Positions 1-13,332 of a stretch of DNA of 64,000 nucleotides are shown here, piece after piece (the stretch's first letter is position 1; the number at the start of each line of letters is the position of its first letter). Source of the stretch: Octopus sinensis (Eukaryota); the NCBI RefSeq assembly GCF_006345805.1, contig NC_043019.1:3954605-4018604 (forward strand), given 5' to 3'. The notes below the pieces were generated by a model, which was given only the letters and a program-made list of their open reading frames with translations, was not told where the DNA came from and searched no databases. A program made the position numbers and the translations under genes.

Positions 1-171
1 ACATATTTTCCCCATAAAGAGAAAAAAATTACATTTAAAATGTACATGGTCACAATTTCATATCTAGAAAACAAAAATTTGATAGTAAAAAAAATATTTT
101 TTTTGTACAAAATAGGGATCATAATTTCATAAGAGTAAAAATTTAATTCAACATAGCATACTCAGAGCCAA

Positions 172-750
172 TAAATAGGGCGCGTAAGATATTTGAGGAA
201 AGATTTATGTTTATAAAAAAATACCAGATATATAATAACAGATAATAACTTCATTTATCAAAAAATGCTATGAGGATAAAAATGAAACTTCTTTCTTTAA
301 TGTTATTCAATAAAGCCACCTTCAGCTTCAACAAATGCTTCTATATGAGATCTAAATCCCCTACATGCTCGAATCAAGTGGTCCTGGTTCATTTTGGACA
401 TTACTCTGACTATGGCAGCTTTCAAAGAACCTTTGGCGTTATAGGCATGTTCATTGAGCTCTCTCTCAACAACGCTCCACACGTAATAATCCAATGGATT
501 GAGATCTGGGGAATTCGGAGGCCAAATGTGATCGTGAAAATTTTCAACCATCCATTCCTGTGTTTCTAGAGCCATGTGTGATAGTGCAGAGTCTTACTGA
601 AACACATATGGCTTTCCATTACATACACAGTTTATCTAGGGTTTAACAATTATTTCCAGGACCCCAATGTAGGTGGCAGAGTTAACTTTAAGGCCTTGTG
701 GAAAAAAGTAAGGAGGCATAACATGTCCTTCATTGTTGACAAACCCTAAA
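172..750 (-). mobile_element. Tc1/mariner-superfamily (DDxD, maT-like) transposase 3' fragment
   Basis: ORF 303-575 contains WPPNSPDLNPLDYYVW. Upstream on the minus strand it reads VFQ*DSALSH (second catalytic D region, with a stop). Lies in intron 2 of STAND-TPR copy 1. Confidence 0.85.
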
Positions 751-1426
751 ACCATGACAGTTGAGGTCAGTTGAGTCTCAGATCAACTAACCAAATGAGG
801 TCTGATACGTGATATACTGAGTCAGACTCAGATCTGAACAGACAGAAAGTAGGATAGACTGAAACTGTCAAAGAGGCTGAGTTTGATGAACTAGAGTGAG
901 TCTGACCTAATATATTCTGAGTGACACTTAGTCCAAGGTAGCCGGAGTGCAGATTAAGATGTAACAGAAAAAAAAACCAAGTAAGATGCAATACAAGACA
1001 GAATAAGATGTAACAAAAAAGGATTTGTAAGAAGGGGCAGAAGAGACACTAAGCTGAGCTTACAGCAGGGTTTCTCAACCGTTTTTTACCTATAGACCCC
1101 TTTGATTGCTATTCTACTCTACTGGACCATCCTAGACATTCGATGTTTAAAAAATCATTTATTTTTGTACTTAAATATTATTAAGAATTGTATTAAAACA
1201 TTGTTGAAATATTTTGTGTATTGTCGAAGTATAACCAATTTCTTGCTGATATATTTTAACAACAGCAAACTCTTATATGGACCCCTATGAGCCATATGGC
1301 CCTCAATTGGGAACCAATGGTAAAGATGTGGGAAGATATAACACAGGTTCAACAAAAATGTGACATATGAAAGACTGACTTACAACACAAGATACAAGAC
1401 ACGTTGTTAAGGACAAAATATCTTAC

Positions 1427-2451
1427 CTCGTAATAAACTCCATATGTCCTACCATCTGAGGGTGCTTCAATCCCTTTCTTCATCAGAAACGAAATATTTT
1501 CCCAGTTGTTGTTCATTATTCCAAGTGCTTCATATATGAGGCCTTTATCATAAATATCTTGAGCCTTCATCAAACTTTTCCCAATAATGTTTGTATATTT
1601 GAGCTTTACCAAATCATTGCTGTGTACATTGTCAATCTGTTGTTTAGTAATTGCCCGTATTAATTCTTGTACTTGGAAATTCTGTAATTCTAAATCTGAA
1701 CTGATCAAACCTTGTTCGACAAGTGGCATCAAAACATGCATCTTGGAAGCTGGTTGACTAGAAGAACCAGTCATTTCAACAGCTTCCTCAATACAAAATC
1801 TTCCAGGAAAATATGAAAGCACTTTGATAGCATCTTGCTGTTCGTGAGAGAGTTGAGAAAAGTACTTGTCCATTTCTTGCTTAATATTACGTCTGTTAAT
1901 TGTACATTCGTCCAGCCAGTCATTGAGCTTGGTTTCATCACAAATCATTTTGTAGATATCATTAAAAGAGAAATTATGACGAAACTGGGAGATTTTTTCT
2001 GCAAAGTAAATAAGAAGTCCTGGCAGGCCACAGGCATATCTGATGATGTTGTGTATTTGTTCTTTGTTCTCATCATCCGTCTCAATGTCTGAACAGCGAC
2101 CGAAAAGAAGCTGGGCATCTTTAATGGACAATGGACTCACTTTACACTTTCCAAACCTGATTCCATCAAACTGAAATGGTTCTCCACCACTAATATGAGA
2201 ATGATTTTTAGATTTGGGTGCAGTGGAAAGTCATTGTCGCAAAGCTCCTGGAAACCTGGAAGGAAGCTTTCTTGAATGTTCTGGAAATCATCAAAAATAC
2301 AAATTGTCCATTTCGTATTGGTGATACTACAACAATTGGTGAATGTATTGTACATGTTGGAAATATCAGACCAACTGCTATTATTAGAAATATGGATGTG
2401 TTTTATGTGGAGTCTTTCGGGGTTGGTTTCATCCTTCAATTCTTGACAGAC
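1427..2451 (-). CDS. STAND NTPase-TPR copy 1, coding exon 2 (NB-ARC core and winged helix), with a 1-nt frameshift near 2191
   Basis: Acceptor atatgacag|GTCTGT at 2451 and donor TACGAG|gtaaga at 1427. Length is 1025 nt versus 1026 in copy 2. Walker B ICIFDD, GLPG and LSYFP motifs are present. ORFs 2137-2439 and 1349-2140 are the two frames. Confidence 0.9.
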
Positions 2452-3826
2452 CTGTCATATTAGAAACATAACATTAGAACAAGTTCAAAGATTTCCATAG
2501 ATTCACTTATTTTATTGGTCTCTCAGTTTTTCTCTTTCTCTGTCTGACTTTATTACTCCCTCTCAATAACTGTCTCTTTGTCTATTCTTTTGTCTATGCA
2601 TTAGTTCAGGGTATCCTTTATATTCCTTCATATTCATCTTACAGTTTGTCTAAGTATCTTTCTGGAAAACAGTTTGTCACTTTGCCATTCTATCTCTTTA
2701 ATTATCTTTCTGTTAATTACACAGATGCTTTATCTCTTTTACTATCCATCTCTTATTTCATCTACCTCTCTCACTCTCTGTCTATCAATCAATTATTCTT
2801 GTGCTTGAGAAGATCTGTCAAGTCAAGTGAGGTCGTAGTCAGGGCTGATGCTGGTGTTTCGTAACTGGCACGTAAAAAACACCCCTTACACTCTTACAGT
2901 GGTTGGTGTTAGGAGGGGCATCCATCTGTAGAAACCATGACAAATTAGATTGGAACCTGGTGCAGCTCCCCAGCTTACCAGTTTTCAGCCAAACTGGCAG
3001 ACCCTCTACAGCCAGATGCCCCCCTCCTTCGGAAACCAAACTTACTTGTTTCCAAGGAAATATTTCTCTATAGGAAATTTCCATGGAATATTGGAAGTTA
3101 ACGACATTCATTTACAAGAAATCTACAATGTCAAGCCGAGGAGATGCAAACATACACACGTTCACAGATGCATACAAGCATAAACACAAACACACAAACA
3201 CACATATACACACCTGTCTGCCTACCTACATACTTACATACCTACCTACCTACGTACCTACCTACCTACATACCTACCTACCTACATACCTACTTACCTA
3301 CATACCTACCTACCTACATACCTACCTATCTACTTACCTACCTACCTACCTACCTACATACATACCTACCTACCTACCTACCTACCTGCCTGTCTACCTA
3401 CCTACCTACCTACCTACATACATACCTACCTACCTACCTACCTACCTACCTACCTACCTACTTACCTACCTACCTACCTACCTACCTACCCACCCACTCA
3501 CTTACATACATAATATATAAAGCAGTCAAACCTCTCCCAAATTGCCCACCTTCTTCATAACATAGGACAGGATACATTAAATAATATGATCATTGCCATA
3601 GACAGAATGGTTACAGGAGAAATACCTTTGATCATAGGTCAACCATCAACTCACCAAATGGTACAAAGACTTCAGTGACTGCCATTGTATGGGATTGAAC
3701 CAGAAATGCTTTCCTCTTTAGTCAGTAACTTAACTGTAAACCTCAAGAATCCCTAATAACCTACAGAAACGCAAAATGCAATAAGGTTAACGTAAAAAAA
3801 TGAGAAAACAATAGTAAATTTCTTAC

Positions 3827-4006
3827 AGTTTTCACAAGACTTGTTTTGCCAACATAAGGCAGTCCATAAACTTGTATTATTTGAGTATCTTCATCCTTGA
3901 TCAAGATCTTCAGTTTTTCCCTCTCATCATGTCGTCCAACAAAGTGTCTGCCAGAATTGCCTTGCTGTCTCATGTAATTGGGGGGTAATCGATATGGTGT
4001 TGCCAT
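3827..4006 (-). CDS. STAND NTPase-TPR copy 1, coding exon 1 (P-loop)
   Basis: MATPYRLPP...FVGR...GLPYVGKTSLVKT, then donor ACT|gtaaga. 180 nt, phase 0. Confidence 0.9.
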
Positions 4007-4620
4007 ACTGATACTTTAGAAATTTCTTTCGTCTTTCTGAATTTTCAAAAGCTGGAATTCTGGTGAAGATAAACAGAAGAGATAATTGTTGTGTCATGGG
4101 ATAAAGTGGAACCCTCAACTATGTATGATGCTTAGAAAAATAAAATTTTATAAATTTTCCACAAGAACAAAGTCTACATCAAACTTAGGTGATGGGACAC
4201 TTGCAAATGATGGAGGGTTCGAAGAAGTCGTAGAGGATTCTGCTGTTGAATTGCTCGTGTCCCAGATAGATTGTTAATTAATCAAGGAACTGACTTTGTT
4301 AGATCAAGAGTAAAATGAGTAATGGTCGTGCTGGATATCTTGGAAGTTTCCTTTACATCTTTGAAACTGAAACCAAAAAAGATTAGTATGACTGGAAATA
4401 AAAATAAGAGCTTTTTACGGTTATCTCTTTAGATTTTCGGGAGAAATTGTAACCAGCAGTGGTTTGTTATGGTGTTTTGTATCCGAAGCAAATGAGTGCT
4501 GGCTATAATTTCTTTAGGAAATCTTTAGAGATGTCTTTAACATGTGATTTAATAGCACTGCTAACACAGGAGAAAACAGTATTGACTTATAAAAGTATTT
4601 AATATATTTTGCTGTATATT
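4007..4620 (-). other. Conserved upstream/5' leader block of copy 1 (shared by all three copies)
   Basis: Reverse complement aligns by eye with about 23205-23818 and 57250-57843. Confidence 0.8.
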
Positions 4621-4995
4621 CATCATCATCATCATCATCGTTTAACATCTGCTTTCCATGCTAAACAGATGGCTGCACCAGGCTCCAATCTGATCTGGCA
4701 GAGTTTCTACAACTTGATGCCCTTCAGCTGGATGTCATCGGCACGAGGGCCAGTCAGGCGGTACTGGCAACGGCCACGCTCAAATGGTACTTTTTATGTG
4801 CCAGCTGCACAGGAGCCTGTCCAGCGGCACTGGCAACGACCTCGCTTGAATGTTGTTTCACATGCCACCAGCAAATGTGCCAGTAAGTTGCTGACATAAT
4901 TGTTTCTCGTACGTATGTATGTATGTGTGTGTATGTATGTGTGAACGTATGAACATATGTATGTGTACGTGTGCTTGTGTGAGCAAGCGCATACT

Positions 4996-5037
<42 letters not shown>

Positions 5038-5402
5038 TGTGTGTGCATGCATGTGTGTATTATCATTGAAAGCGGAGACAGATGCACACGTAACTGGAAT
5101 TCCACACAGGTTTTAACAAAATGAGCTGTGAGTCATCAGTATACATGCACAATTGTACAAACGGGGAGAGAGAGAGAAGGAGAAAGAGAGAGAAGGAGAG
5201 AGAGAAGGAGAGAGAGAAGGAGAGAGATAGAAAGACAGAGAGAGAGAGAGTAAGAGAGACTGACTGACAGTCAGAGACAGACAGAGACAGAGACAGGGAA
5301 ACAGTGATATTAATCACATCCTTATTCGAGTGTAAAGTATTATTACCCAAAAATGAATTCTAGATAATGTTTCATTCTGAGTGTTAGGACATTATCACGG
5401 CC

Positions 5403-5702
5403 AGATTATATCATAACACTGAGATTATATCATAACACTGAGATTATAGCATAACACTGAGATTATATCATAACACTGAGATTATATCATAACACTGAGA
5501 TTATATCATAACACTGAGATTATATCATAACACTGAGATTATATCATAACTCTGACATTATATCATAACGCTGAGATTATATCATAACACTGAGATTATA
5601 TCATAATACTGAGATTATATCATAACACTGAGATTATATCATAACGCTGAGATTATATCATAACACTGAGATTATATCATAATATTGAGATTATATCATA
5701 AC
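5403..5702. repeat. 19-bp minisatellite (agattatatcataacactg), about 16 copies
   Basis: Direct tandem units with period 19 and few substitutions. Confidence 0.95.
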
Positions 5703-5760
5703 AATGCAAGAACAGAACTATTATGAAGAAAACTAGTTTCAGTTTTACAATTTTCAGTTA

Positions 5761-6130
5761 GGGGCCCAGTCCCTCCGAACGTCTTAAATGCCACAAGTTG
5801 GAAGAGAATGTTCACTGTTAGGTCCCAATACTTCAGGGTTTTCTTCTATTCGGCTACGGAAGCAGTAACCCTCCCATTAATTGCAGCATCCAGGATGTGG
5901 TGGGGAAAAAATGAATTTCAGACTGTGGTGTCCCAAATGAGGGGCTTACCTCTGACCCAGGGACAGAGGGTAAGACCATCTGGTCTCTTTCCACCACTTC
6001 GGGATAACCCCAACGGCTCCTGGACTGAGGAGATATTAATCTGTGCCAGGGTTTGCTTAATAATTAGGTTTAGCTTGATGTGATGAGCAAAACAAACCAG
6101 CATTTGGGTGGTAAGACAGACCTGTGGGGT
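5761..6130 (-). mobile_element. CRE-type non-LTR retrotransposon relic, restriction-like endonuclease region
   Basis: EPLGLSRSGGKRPDGLTLCPWVRGKPLIWDTTV followed by a decayed AE..K..KY.DL...F...AF.TFGG.GP motif. Related copy at 55220-55600. Confidence 0.7.
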
Positions 6131-7269
6131 TGAAGGGCCTACTAAATTTCTCTCACTCTCTCCTCCTGCATCTAGCAGCTCACCCGCGGCAGACCAACGT
6201 CCCATCCAGGAGGAGAACCTATACGTCCTTGAAACCGGGAAACTGGTCCTTAGGAGCCAGGAATGGCTCGAGAAGGAACAAACAACAACAACAACTTACA
6301 TCTAAAGCAAAATGTTTTCAAGTCCCCTTGAAATACTATTGTGGGTCCCCAATTCACTATTTTGTTGTGTAGACCCTAAAGGAACTTTTATGGACCCTGG
6401 TTGAGAACCACCGATCTAGACTGAGTAGACCCCCAATGTGGCCACAGGCATCAATCCAGTTCCCCAGAATTTTGGATGAGCTGAAATTAGGTGACACCTT
6501 GACATTTGATCAGATTGATCAAGGAGAGAGTTGAGAGTGGCACCTGAATGTAGATTGTCCCACACTCTCTATTTCCGTCTATCCTCCACTGTACCCGGAA
6601 ACCCAAGGTCTCTCCACTGACAGACCCAGCTCTGGAGGAGAGAGGATGTTGCCTACCAGAGGGGAACAGGCGTGGTTGGAATATGGTGTTTTGTGTGTGT
6701 GTGTGTACAACATGTTCGCGGTCCAGTGACTGAAACAAATAAAAGATATTTAAAATAATAATCACCTGCTCCTGATGTTGATGTACTTTAAACTCCCTTC
6801 AATCCTGAACAAGCAGACCCATAGGTTCAATAAGACGTCTTAGCTATAACCACCACCTCTTATTTTAAAACACTGTGTATCTAGGGCTACATAATCCAAT
6901 GTGCCTACATTATTTATCTTCTCCAATTTTTAACGACAACAGCGGTTGATGTAAATGTGGAAAAACTGAAATTTTCTTCTTCATTACCTCACGAAAATTA
7001 CACACTGAATGAATATCCGGGTGGGTTATTCCCCACTCCCTGTCACAGTCTAATTACTCTATCGGCTCAAGTGTTCTATATAATTTGATAGCCCCCAGAT
7101 TTTGATTCGTTGTCTATATCTTTCTCCACTCTCTCTCTTTATTTTCATGTCACTCTCTCTCTTTCTTCCTTTCTTTCTTCCTTTCTTCCTTCCTTTCTTT
7201 CTTTCTCTCTCTCTCTCTCTCACTCTCCCATCTCATATTTCTCCAGTCACTGCCAGGAGCACTCTCTCT

Positions 7270-7305
7270 CTCTATCTCTATCTATCTATCTATCTACCTA
7301 TCTAT

Positions 7306-7355
<50 letters not shown>

Positions 7356-7356
7356 G

Positions 7357-7411
<55 letters not shown>

Positions 7412-7416
7412 CTCTC

Positions 7417-7460
<44 letters not shown>

Positions 7461-7473
7461 CCTATCTATCTAC

Positions 7474-7504
<31 letters not shown>

Positions 7505-7505
7505 C

Positions 7506-7540
<35 letters not shown>

Positions 7541-7541
7541 C

Positions 7542-7582
<41 letters not shown>

Positions 7583-7585
7583 ACT
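7270..7585. repeat. (CTAT)n microsatellite
   Basis: Tetranucleotide tandem array. Confidence 0.95.
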
Positions 7586-8315
7586 TTTCTTCGTATATCT
7601 TTCCTGTATCTGTCTAGTATTTAGTACTATCAGAGAGACTATGTGACATTTCAAATGCTGTATGCACGGATCTCAAACGCCTACCTGCTTCATCTCTTCC
7701 CAGGTAGGGAAACCTGTCGACATCACTATTTCTGTGGAGATTTCTGGTTGACATCAGAACCTTGCGGGTGTTAATGTCTATGCAGTGGATTTCTTCTACA
7801 GACCAGTCAAGCGTCCCAAATGTTGGAATTGTTCCACGAATTTATGTATTTGTTGGAGGTACTCGAAGTTTTTTAAGAGATAGTTTTTCAAGAGAACATC
7901 CTGCTTACCAGAGAACATACTGCATAACCATTCCAGTTTACCAGTTCCACTCGAACCGTCTAACACATACCAGCAGAGAAATCGGGTGCTAGATGATGAT
8001 GATGATGTGTGTGTGTGCATGTGCGTGTGTGTGTGAGTGTCCATGCGTGTGTGCATGCATATGTGTTGTCTTTGTTGCGTAGCCTGCTGCTACGTTGACT
8101 GAGATCTCTAATGGAAGACATTCCGACCACGACCTGTTCAACTTCTAACATTTATCTACAACAAAATTCCATAAAGTGTCCTTCCTTTTTCAAGACAACA
8201 AGATGCATTCAGATGGAGCTTCACTATTTCTAGCAGGTCAGCCAACCACTTAGAGACACAGCCTTGTCTGTCTGTGTGTTTATTTGTATAATTGTATATG
8301 TAGACGTGTGTGTGT

Positions 8316-8394
<79 letters not shown>

Positions 8395-9171
8395 TGTGCA
8401 TCGGAGAAGATTGTATGTGTTTACTTGTTTTAGAATATACTAGTGTAGGCTATATGTGTGAGCATGTCTGTGTATATTGATACAGATTGATTGTATGTAC
8501 GTATTTATGTATGTATGTATGTATGTATGTATGTATGTATGTGTGTATGTATGTGTGTATGTATGTATATATATATATATATGTATATATTTATGTCAGG
8601 TCACTTTTGAGTGCTACTGGTAACATGTAACCCAGTACAACCTGTTGCATGGTCGGGTCGTCGGCGACTAAACCGGCAACCCCACCAAGCTTGTTTGGTG
8701 AGGAGGGTGTTTATTGGACACCGTGCGGGATGAAAAACAAAACCCGTCAAAGGGCGGAGGAACTCTTGAGAGTCAACGGCCATCCAATAAATGTCTTAAG
8801 GCTGTATCATGCGCGGGGACATAGAAATAATCGGACTGAATACCCGATCGCGCGGTAAAACCATTGGGAGTGAAGGACTCCTAGCCTTTGTTAGGACATC
8901 CTTCTAGGAGAAGGTAACTCATGTAACTGGGATAACTCCGACATAAAACCTGCGGCTCAGTGGTTACCGATTATGTTGACTTGTTCTTCTTTTCGGATTA
9001 TGGCTGCTGTTGCTTAGTGAGTGGGATTGACTCAGTGCACAGCCTTTCCTCAATTTAAAAAAAATCTTCTTGCACAGGCATTGCACGATAACAACATTGA
9101 TTAAGCTTCGTGCAATGGCCATACTCGATAACGAGGGGGCAGCCACCATGTATGTATGTATGTATGTATGA

Positions 9172-9225
<54 letters not shown>

Positions 9226-9651
9226 GTGTGCTTTTGTCTGAGCATGTGTAGGGCAGTTGTGGAAGATGGAGGCCGTTCTCAAAACGCTGAACGTTATGAA
9301 GGCGGTAATAGAGGACCAAGACATGTGGTGCATTCCTGTACTTGAGAAGTCTCACCTACCACAACAGAATTGAGATCCTAAAACGAAGGTGCATGTAAAA
9401 AGCGTTGGTGTGGGTGCTGGTGTCACGTAAAAAGCGCCAAGTACACTCTGTAATGTGGTCGGCATTAGGAAGGACATCCAGCCATAGAAACCAATACAAA
9501 ACAGACAGTGGAACCTGGTTTGGTCCCCGGCCTTTACCAGTTCCTATCAAGCCATCCAGCTCCTGTCAAAATGGAAAAGGGACCGTAAATGTTGTGGCTG
9601 CTGCTGCGTATGAGTGAATTGAAGTAAGGTGTAGAATGTGTGTGTGTGTGT

Positions 9652-9693
<42 letters not shown>

Positions 9694-9715
9694 ATGTCTG
9701 TGATATAGGTGTGGT

Positions 9716-10093
9716 GGCACAATGGCCCAGTGCTTAGGGCAGCGGACCCCCAGTCGTAGGATCGCGGTTTCGATTCTCAGACCGGGCGTTGTGAGTGTTT
9801 ATTGAGCGAAAACACCTATGGTTCCTCGAGGCACCTACAAGGGGTGGTGGCGAACTCTGCTTCACTCTTTCACCAGAACTTTCTCTCACTCTTTCTTCCT
9901 GTTTCTGTTGTACATGTACTTCAAAGGGCCAGCCTTGTCACAATCTGTGTCACGCTGAATCTCCCCCGAGAACTACGTTAATGATACACGTGTCTGTGAA
10001 TTACTCAGCCACTTGCACGTTAATTTCACGAGCAGGCTGTTCCTTTGATCGTATCAACTGGGACCCTCGCCGTTGTAACCGACGGAGTGCCAC
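9716..10093 (+). mobile_element. tRNA-derived SINE (family with head ggcgcaatggcccagtg)
   Basis: tRNA-like head with A/B-box-like segments. Homologous copies at 43861-44255 (+) and 48610-48975 (-). Confidence 0.8.
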
Positions 10094-10489
10094 GTAAAGA
10101 CATTGGTGCAAATATCTTGTACTTCATCTCTAGGAGGAGATAACTCCTGAAAAAGGAACGTAACTCAAGGTACACTCAACTCTGAAGTATTAGATAAAAA
10201 TGTATACCAAATTAACTACTGGGGTTGATATCGAAGTAAGTGCTACAGCATGACCACAGTCCAGTGACTAAATCCAATAATGTGACATGACTAATCAGAG
10301 GGCTCCTGTGAATTTTTGGAGGGAAGCAAGGATGAACTGAATTATATTTCCCTCAGTACATAACTGGTACTTGCTCTATTAAACCTGAAGTGATGAACAA
10401 CTAAGTAAACTCCAGCAGGATTTTGATACCCAACATAAAAAGGGCCATTCAACTTCTTAAAACCCGGAAAAACCGTTACTGCAGAAACC

Positions 10490-11626
10490 TGTAGCGTAGT
10501 TCGGGGATATTCTCACTGTTTGAGAGATATATTAGAAATGATATCGCGTTAGATAGCAACCATTTTCGGCTATTTGGATCCTGTTGTCCACTACTCTCAT
10601 TGGTTGGCATTGGCGTAGTTTGTCTCTTGACTTATTTCGCGCCAATGTGTGAACCAACCAATCAGAACTTTCCAATATAATCACGTGACACAGTCTTTTG
10701 GATTTTCTTCTGGAGCCTCTAGCAGGTTATAAAAGGCGCCAGCAAATCACAATATCTTGGTCTTTGGTTCTAGTCCTTCTAAGGACTAACCTCTGACCAC
10801 AGAGCAACTCAACCAGGTTCCAGCGACTCAACCAGTTCCAGTTCCAGCGACAGACAACATGCAACAACTCAGGACACTTTCTCCACCGTCGCCATCACCA
10901 TCGTCATCTTCACTCATGACGCAGTCATCAACACCAACGCCAAGTTTATCGTCACCCTTCAACTTCATGTCGTCTCCCCCAACGCCTATATGTACACAGC
11001 AACTCCCTCTGGTTTAGCTTATACGCAATTGTGATATTCACCAAGGTTAACAGCACAGCCCCACCGGCGAGATCTTCTGTACCAATGGAATCTCAGCACA
11101 GCATTGAAGCCACAACCGCTACACGACATGTGTTCAACCGGCATTCCGCACTTGTGACCCCCAACATCCTGTTCCAGAACGTACTGCGATCGTGTACCTG
11201 TACGAACAGGTATTTATCTCCGTCTGAAATATCCTGAGAGACTCTTTTCTATGCTCTGTATTTTGTCTAACACGCATACACCTTGTTTGTATTTATTTTC
11301 ACTCTTGTAACGCTCACACGAACACACAGACACAAACACTTGTTGCATGCACCGTTGTTATACTTACAATGGACACACAGACACACATGTGCACGCACTC
11401 ATACACTACACTCTGCTACCACCCATACTTTATCCTATTGTACACTTCTGTAAATAAAAGCTATCTTTCTCTCAAGCAGTAGAACGGTTGTGTCGTCTTT
11501 CTTATTTATTTTGGCACTTATTCATTTATACCGTATATTTCACTTATTCTTAGCAGGGTGACCGTGCGGCGTTCAAAAGGAAACATTTCTATCACCAACT
11601 CCTTTACGTGCGGTCGTTTTACTACA
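10490..11626 (+). mobile_element. Probable solo LTR (1137 bp) inserted in a mariner relic
   Basis: Ends TGTAG...CTACA. Internal CCAAT motif near 10657, TATAAAA near 10728 and AATAAA near 11453. Mariner coding sequence lies on both sides. No clean TSD. Confidence 0.65.
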
Positions 11627-12088
11627 AGTATGTTGACATGAAATTGCCAAAATGTACAAAAAAAACCTTTTACTCCTCCGTCCAAACTGGTTAAAAGAAG
11701 GGGGCCAGCCATTCTTCATGACAATGCTCGACCACATGTTTCACTAGAGACGCTCCAGAAGTTGAAGGAACTTGGCTACGACGTTCTTCCCCACCCAGCC
11801 TATTCCCCAGACCTTTCTTCTAACGACCATCACTTTTTCAAGCACCTTGATGGTTTCTTGCGAGAGAAGGAGTTCAAAAATCAAACTGATGCTGAAAGTG
11901 CGTTAAAACAGTTCATCAGCTCCAGAACTCCAGGTTCTTATGCTACCGGAATAAACAAACTTTTCACTCGTTGGCAAAAATGTGTTGATTGTAATGGTAC
12001 TTGGATGAATAAAATTTCCGCACTGTTGAAATATACTGTGATGAATTTCATGTTTCAAAACGTTGCTTACTTTTTACTCAGCCTGACA
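11627..12088 (+). mobile_element. Mariner (DD34D) transposase 3' fragment, with a 5' stub at 10453-10489
   Basis: LHDNARPH and HPAYSPDLSSNDHHFFKHL...RWQKCVDCNG. The stub reads LLKPGKTVTAE. Confidence 0.9.
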
Positions 12089-12099
12089 TAGATACATAG

Positions 12100-12202
<103 letters not shown>

Positions 12203-12343
12203 GGTATGTTGGTGCCGACAGGAAAAATAGAACTCAAAATATGAGTATATGTATATTTTTATTAATATTAAGCAGAAGTAACAAAGTGACTCAAGATTGA
12301 GAAGTGCCAACGCATGAAACTCTGGGACCCCGAGTCACGCTGT

Positions 12344-12376
<33 letters not shown>

Positions 12377-12382
<6 letters not shown>

Positions 12383-12686
12383 TTGAAAAAGGAAAATACC
12401 CACACTTACATAGTTTTAATATAATTTTTAATATATCGACAGGTTTCGCTATCGCTATTTATGATATTATGTTTCACTTATTTGAATATATATTTATTCT
12501 TAAGAAGAAATTTTGTGCATGTTTTGTATGATGAAATTTACGAGTGAATGACTTCAAGTAGATAAATAAAGGGAGGTAATTGGTTGTCGTTATTATTGTT
12601 CATGAATAGCGATAGCGAAACCGGTCGATATATTAAGAATTATATTAAAACTATGTAAGTGTGCGTATTTTCCTTTTCTAATTTCT
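12377..12686. repeat. Inverted repeat, arms about 87 bp (12377-12464 / 12600-12686); Penelope-like terminal sequence
   Basis: Arms are near-perfect reverse complements and contain GAAACCGGTC, the 3' half of a hammerhead motif. Confidence 0.85.
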
Positions 12687-12874
12687 TATATACATTATAC
12701 TCACCACGTGGGGATAATCGAAATTCCTCTTTTCTGTTACTACTACTAGATATATATATATATATATATATAGATATATAATTAAATACATACATATATA
12801 CATCCATCCATCCATCCATCCATCCATCCATCCATCCATCCATACATACATACATACATACATACATACATACA

Positions 12875-12979
<105 letters not shown>

Positions 12980-13046
12980 TTGAAATTTACAGAAAAACCA
13001 AAGACGAAAGCAGGTGTATTACTTTGGCGCTCGGGAAAGTGAGAAT

Positions 13047-13085
13047 GTCTTTTACGTTTCAAGCCTACGCTCTTCAACAGAAAGG
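13047..13085 (-). ncRNA. Degenerate minimal hammerhead ribozyme motif
   Basis: Minus strand reads CCUUU-CUGUUGA-A-GAGC-GUAG-GCUU-GAAA-CGU-A-AAAG, with A6 replaced by U. Confidence 0.4.
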
Positions 13086-13161
13086 AACACGAGGAAATAA
13101 ACAGAGAGAGCATAAAAACTTTTGGAGTTAGCGGTCAATGATATATATGTATGTATGTATG

Positions 13162-13193
<32 letters not shown>

Positions 13194-13195
13194 TG

Positions 13196-13268
<73 letters not shown>

Positions 13269-13271
13269 ATA

Positions 13272-13329
<58 letters not shown>

Positions 13330-13332
<3 letters not shown>

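Larger units (their letters stand above)
6410..10452. repeat. Upstream flank of duplication unit 1; inverted segmental duplicate of about 48252-53330 and partly of 16470-18130
   Basis: Colinear reverse-complement blocks, e.g. 7600-8260 vs 50520-51340, 9100-9700 vs 48980-49550, 10100-10452 vs 48252-48610. Confidence 0.85.

Noticed and set aside
8600-8970. GC-richer block with short ORFs, absent from the unit 3 flank
   Set aside because: Looks like an interspersed LINE-derived insertion; I could not assign it confidently and found no coding motif.
9716-9800. tRNA-like sequences at SINE heads
   Set aside because: They continue into shared SINE bodies and lack a complete cloverleaf; not called as tRNA genes.
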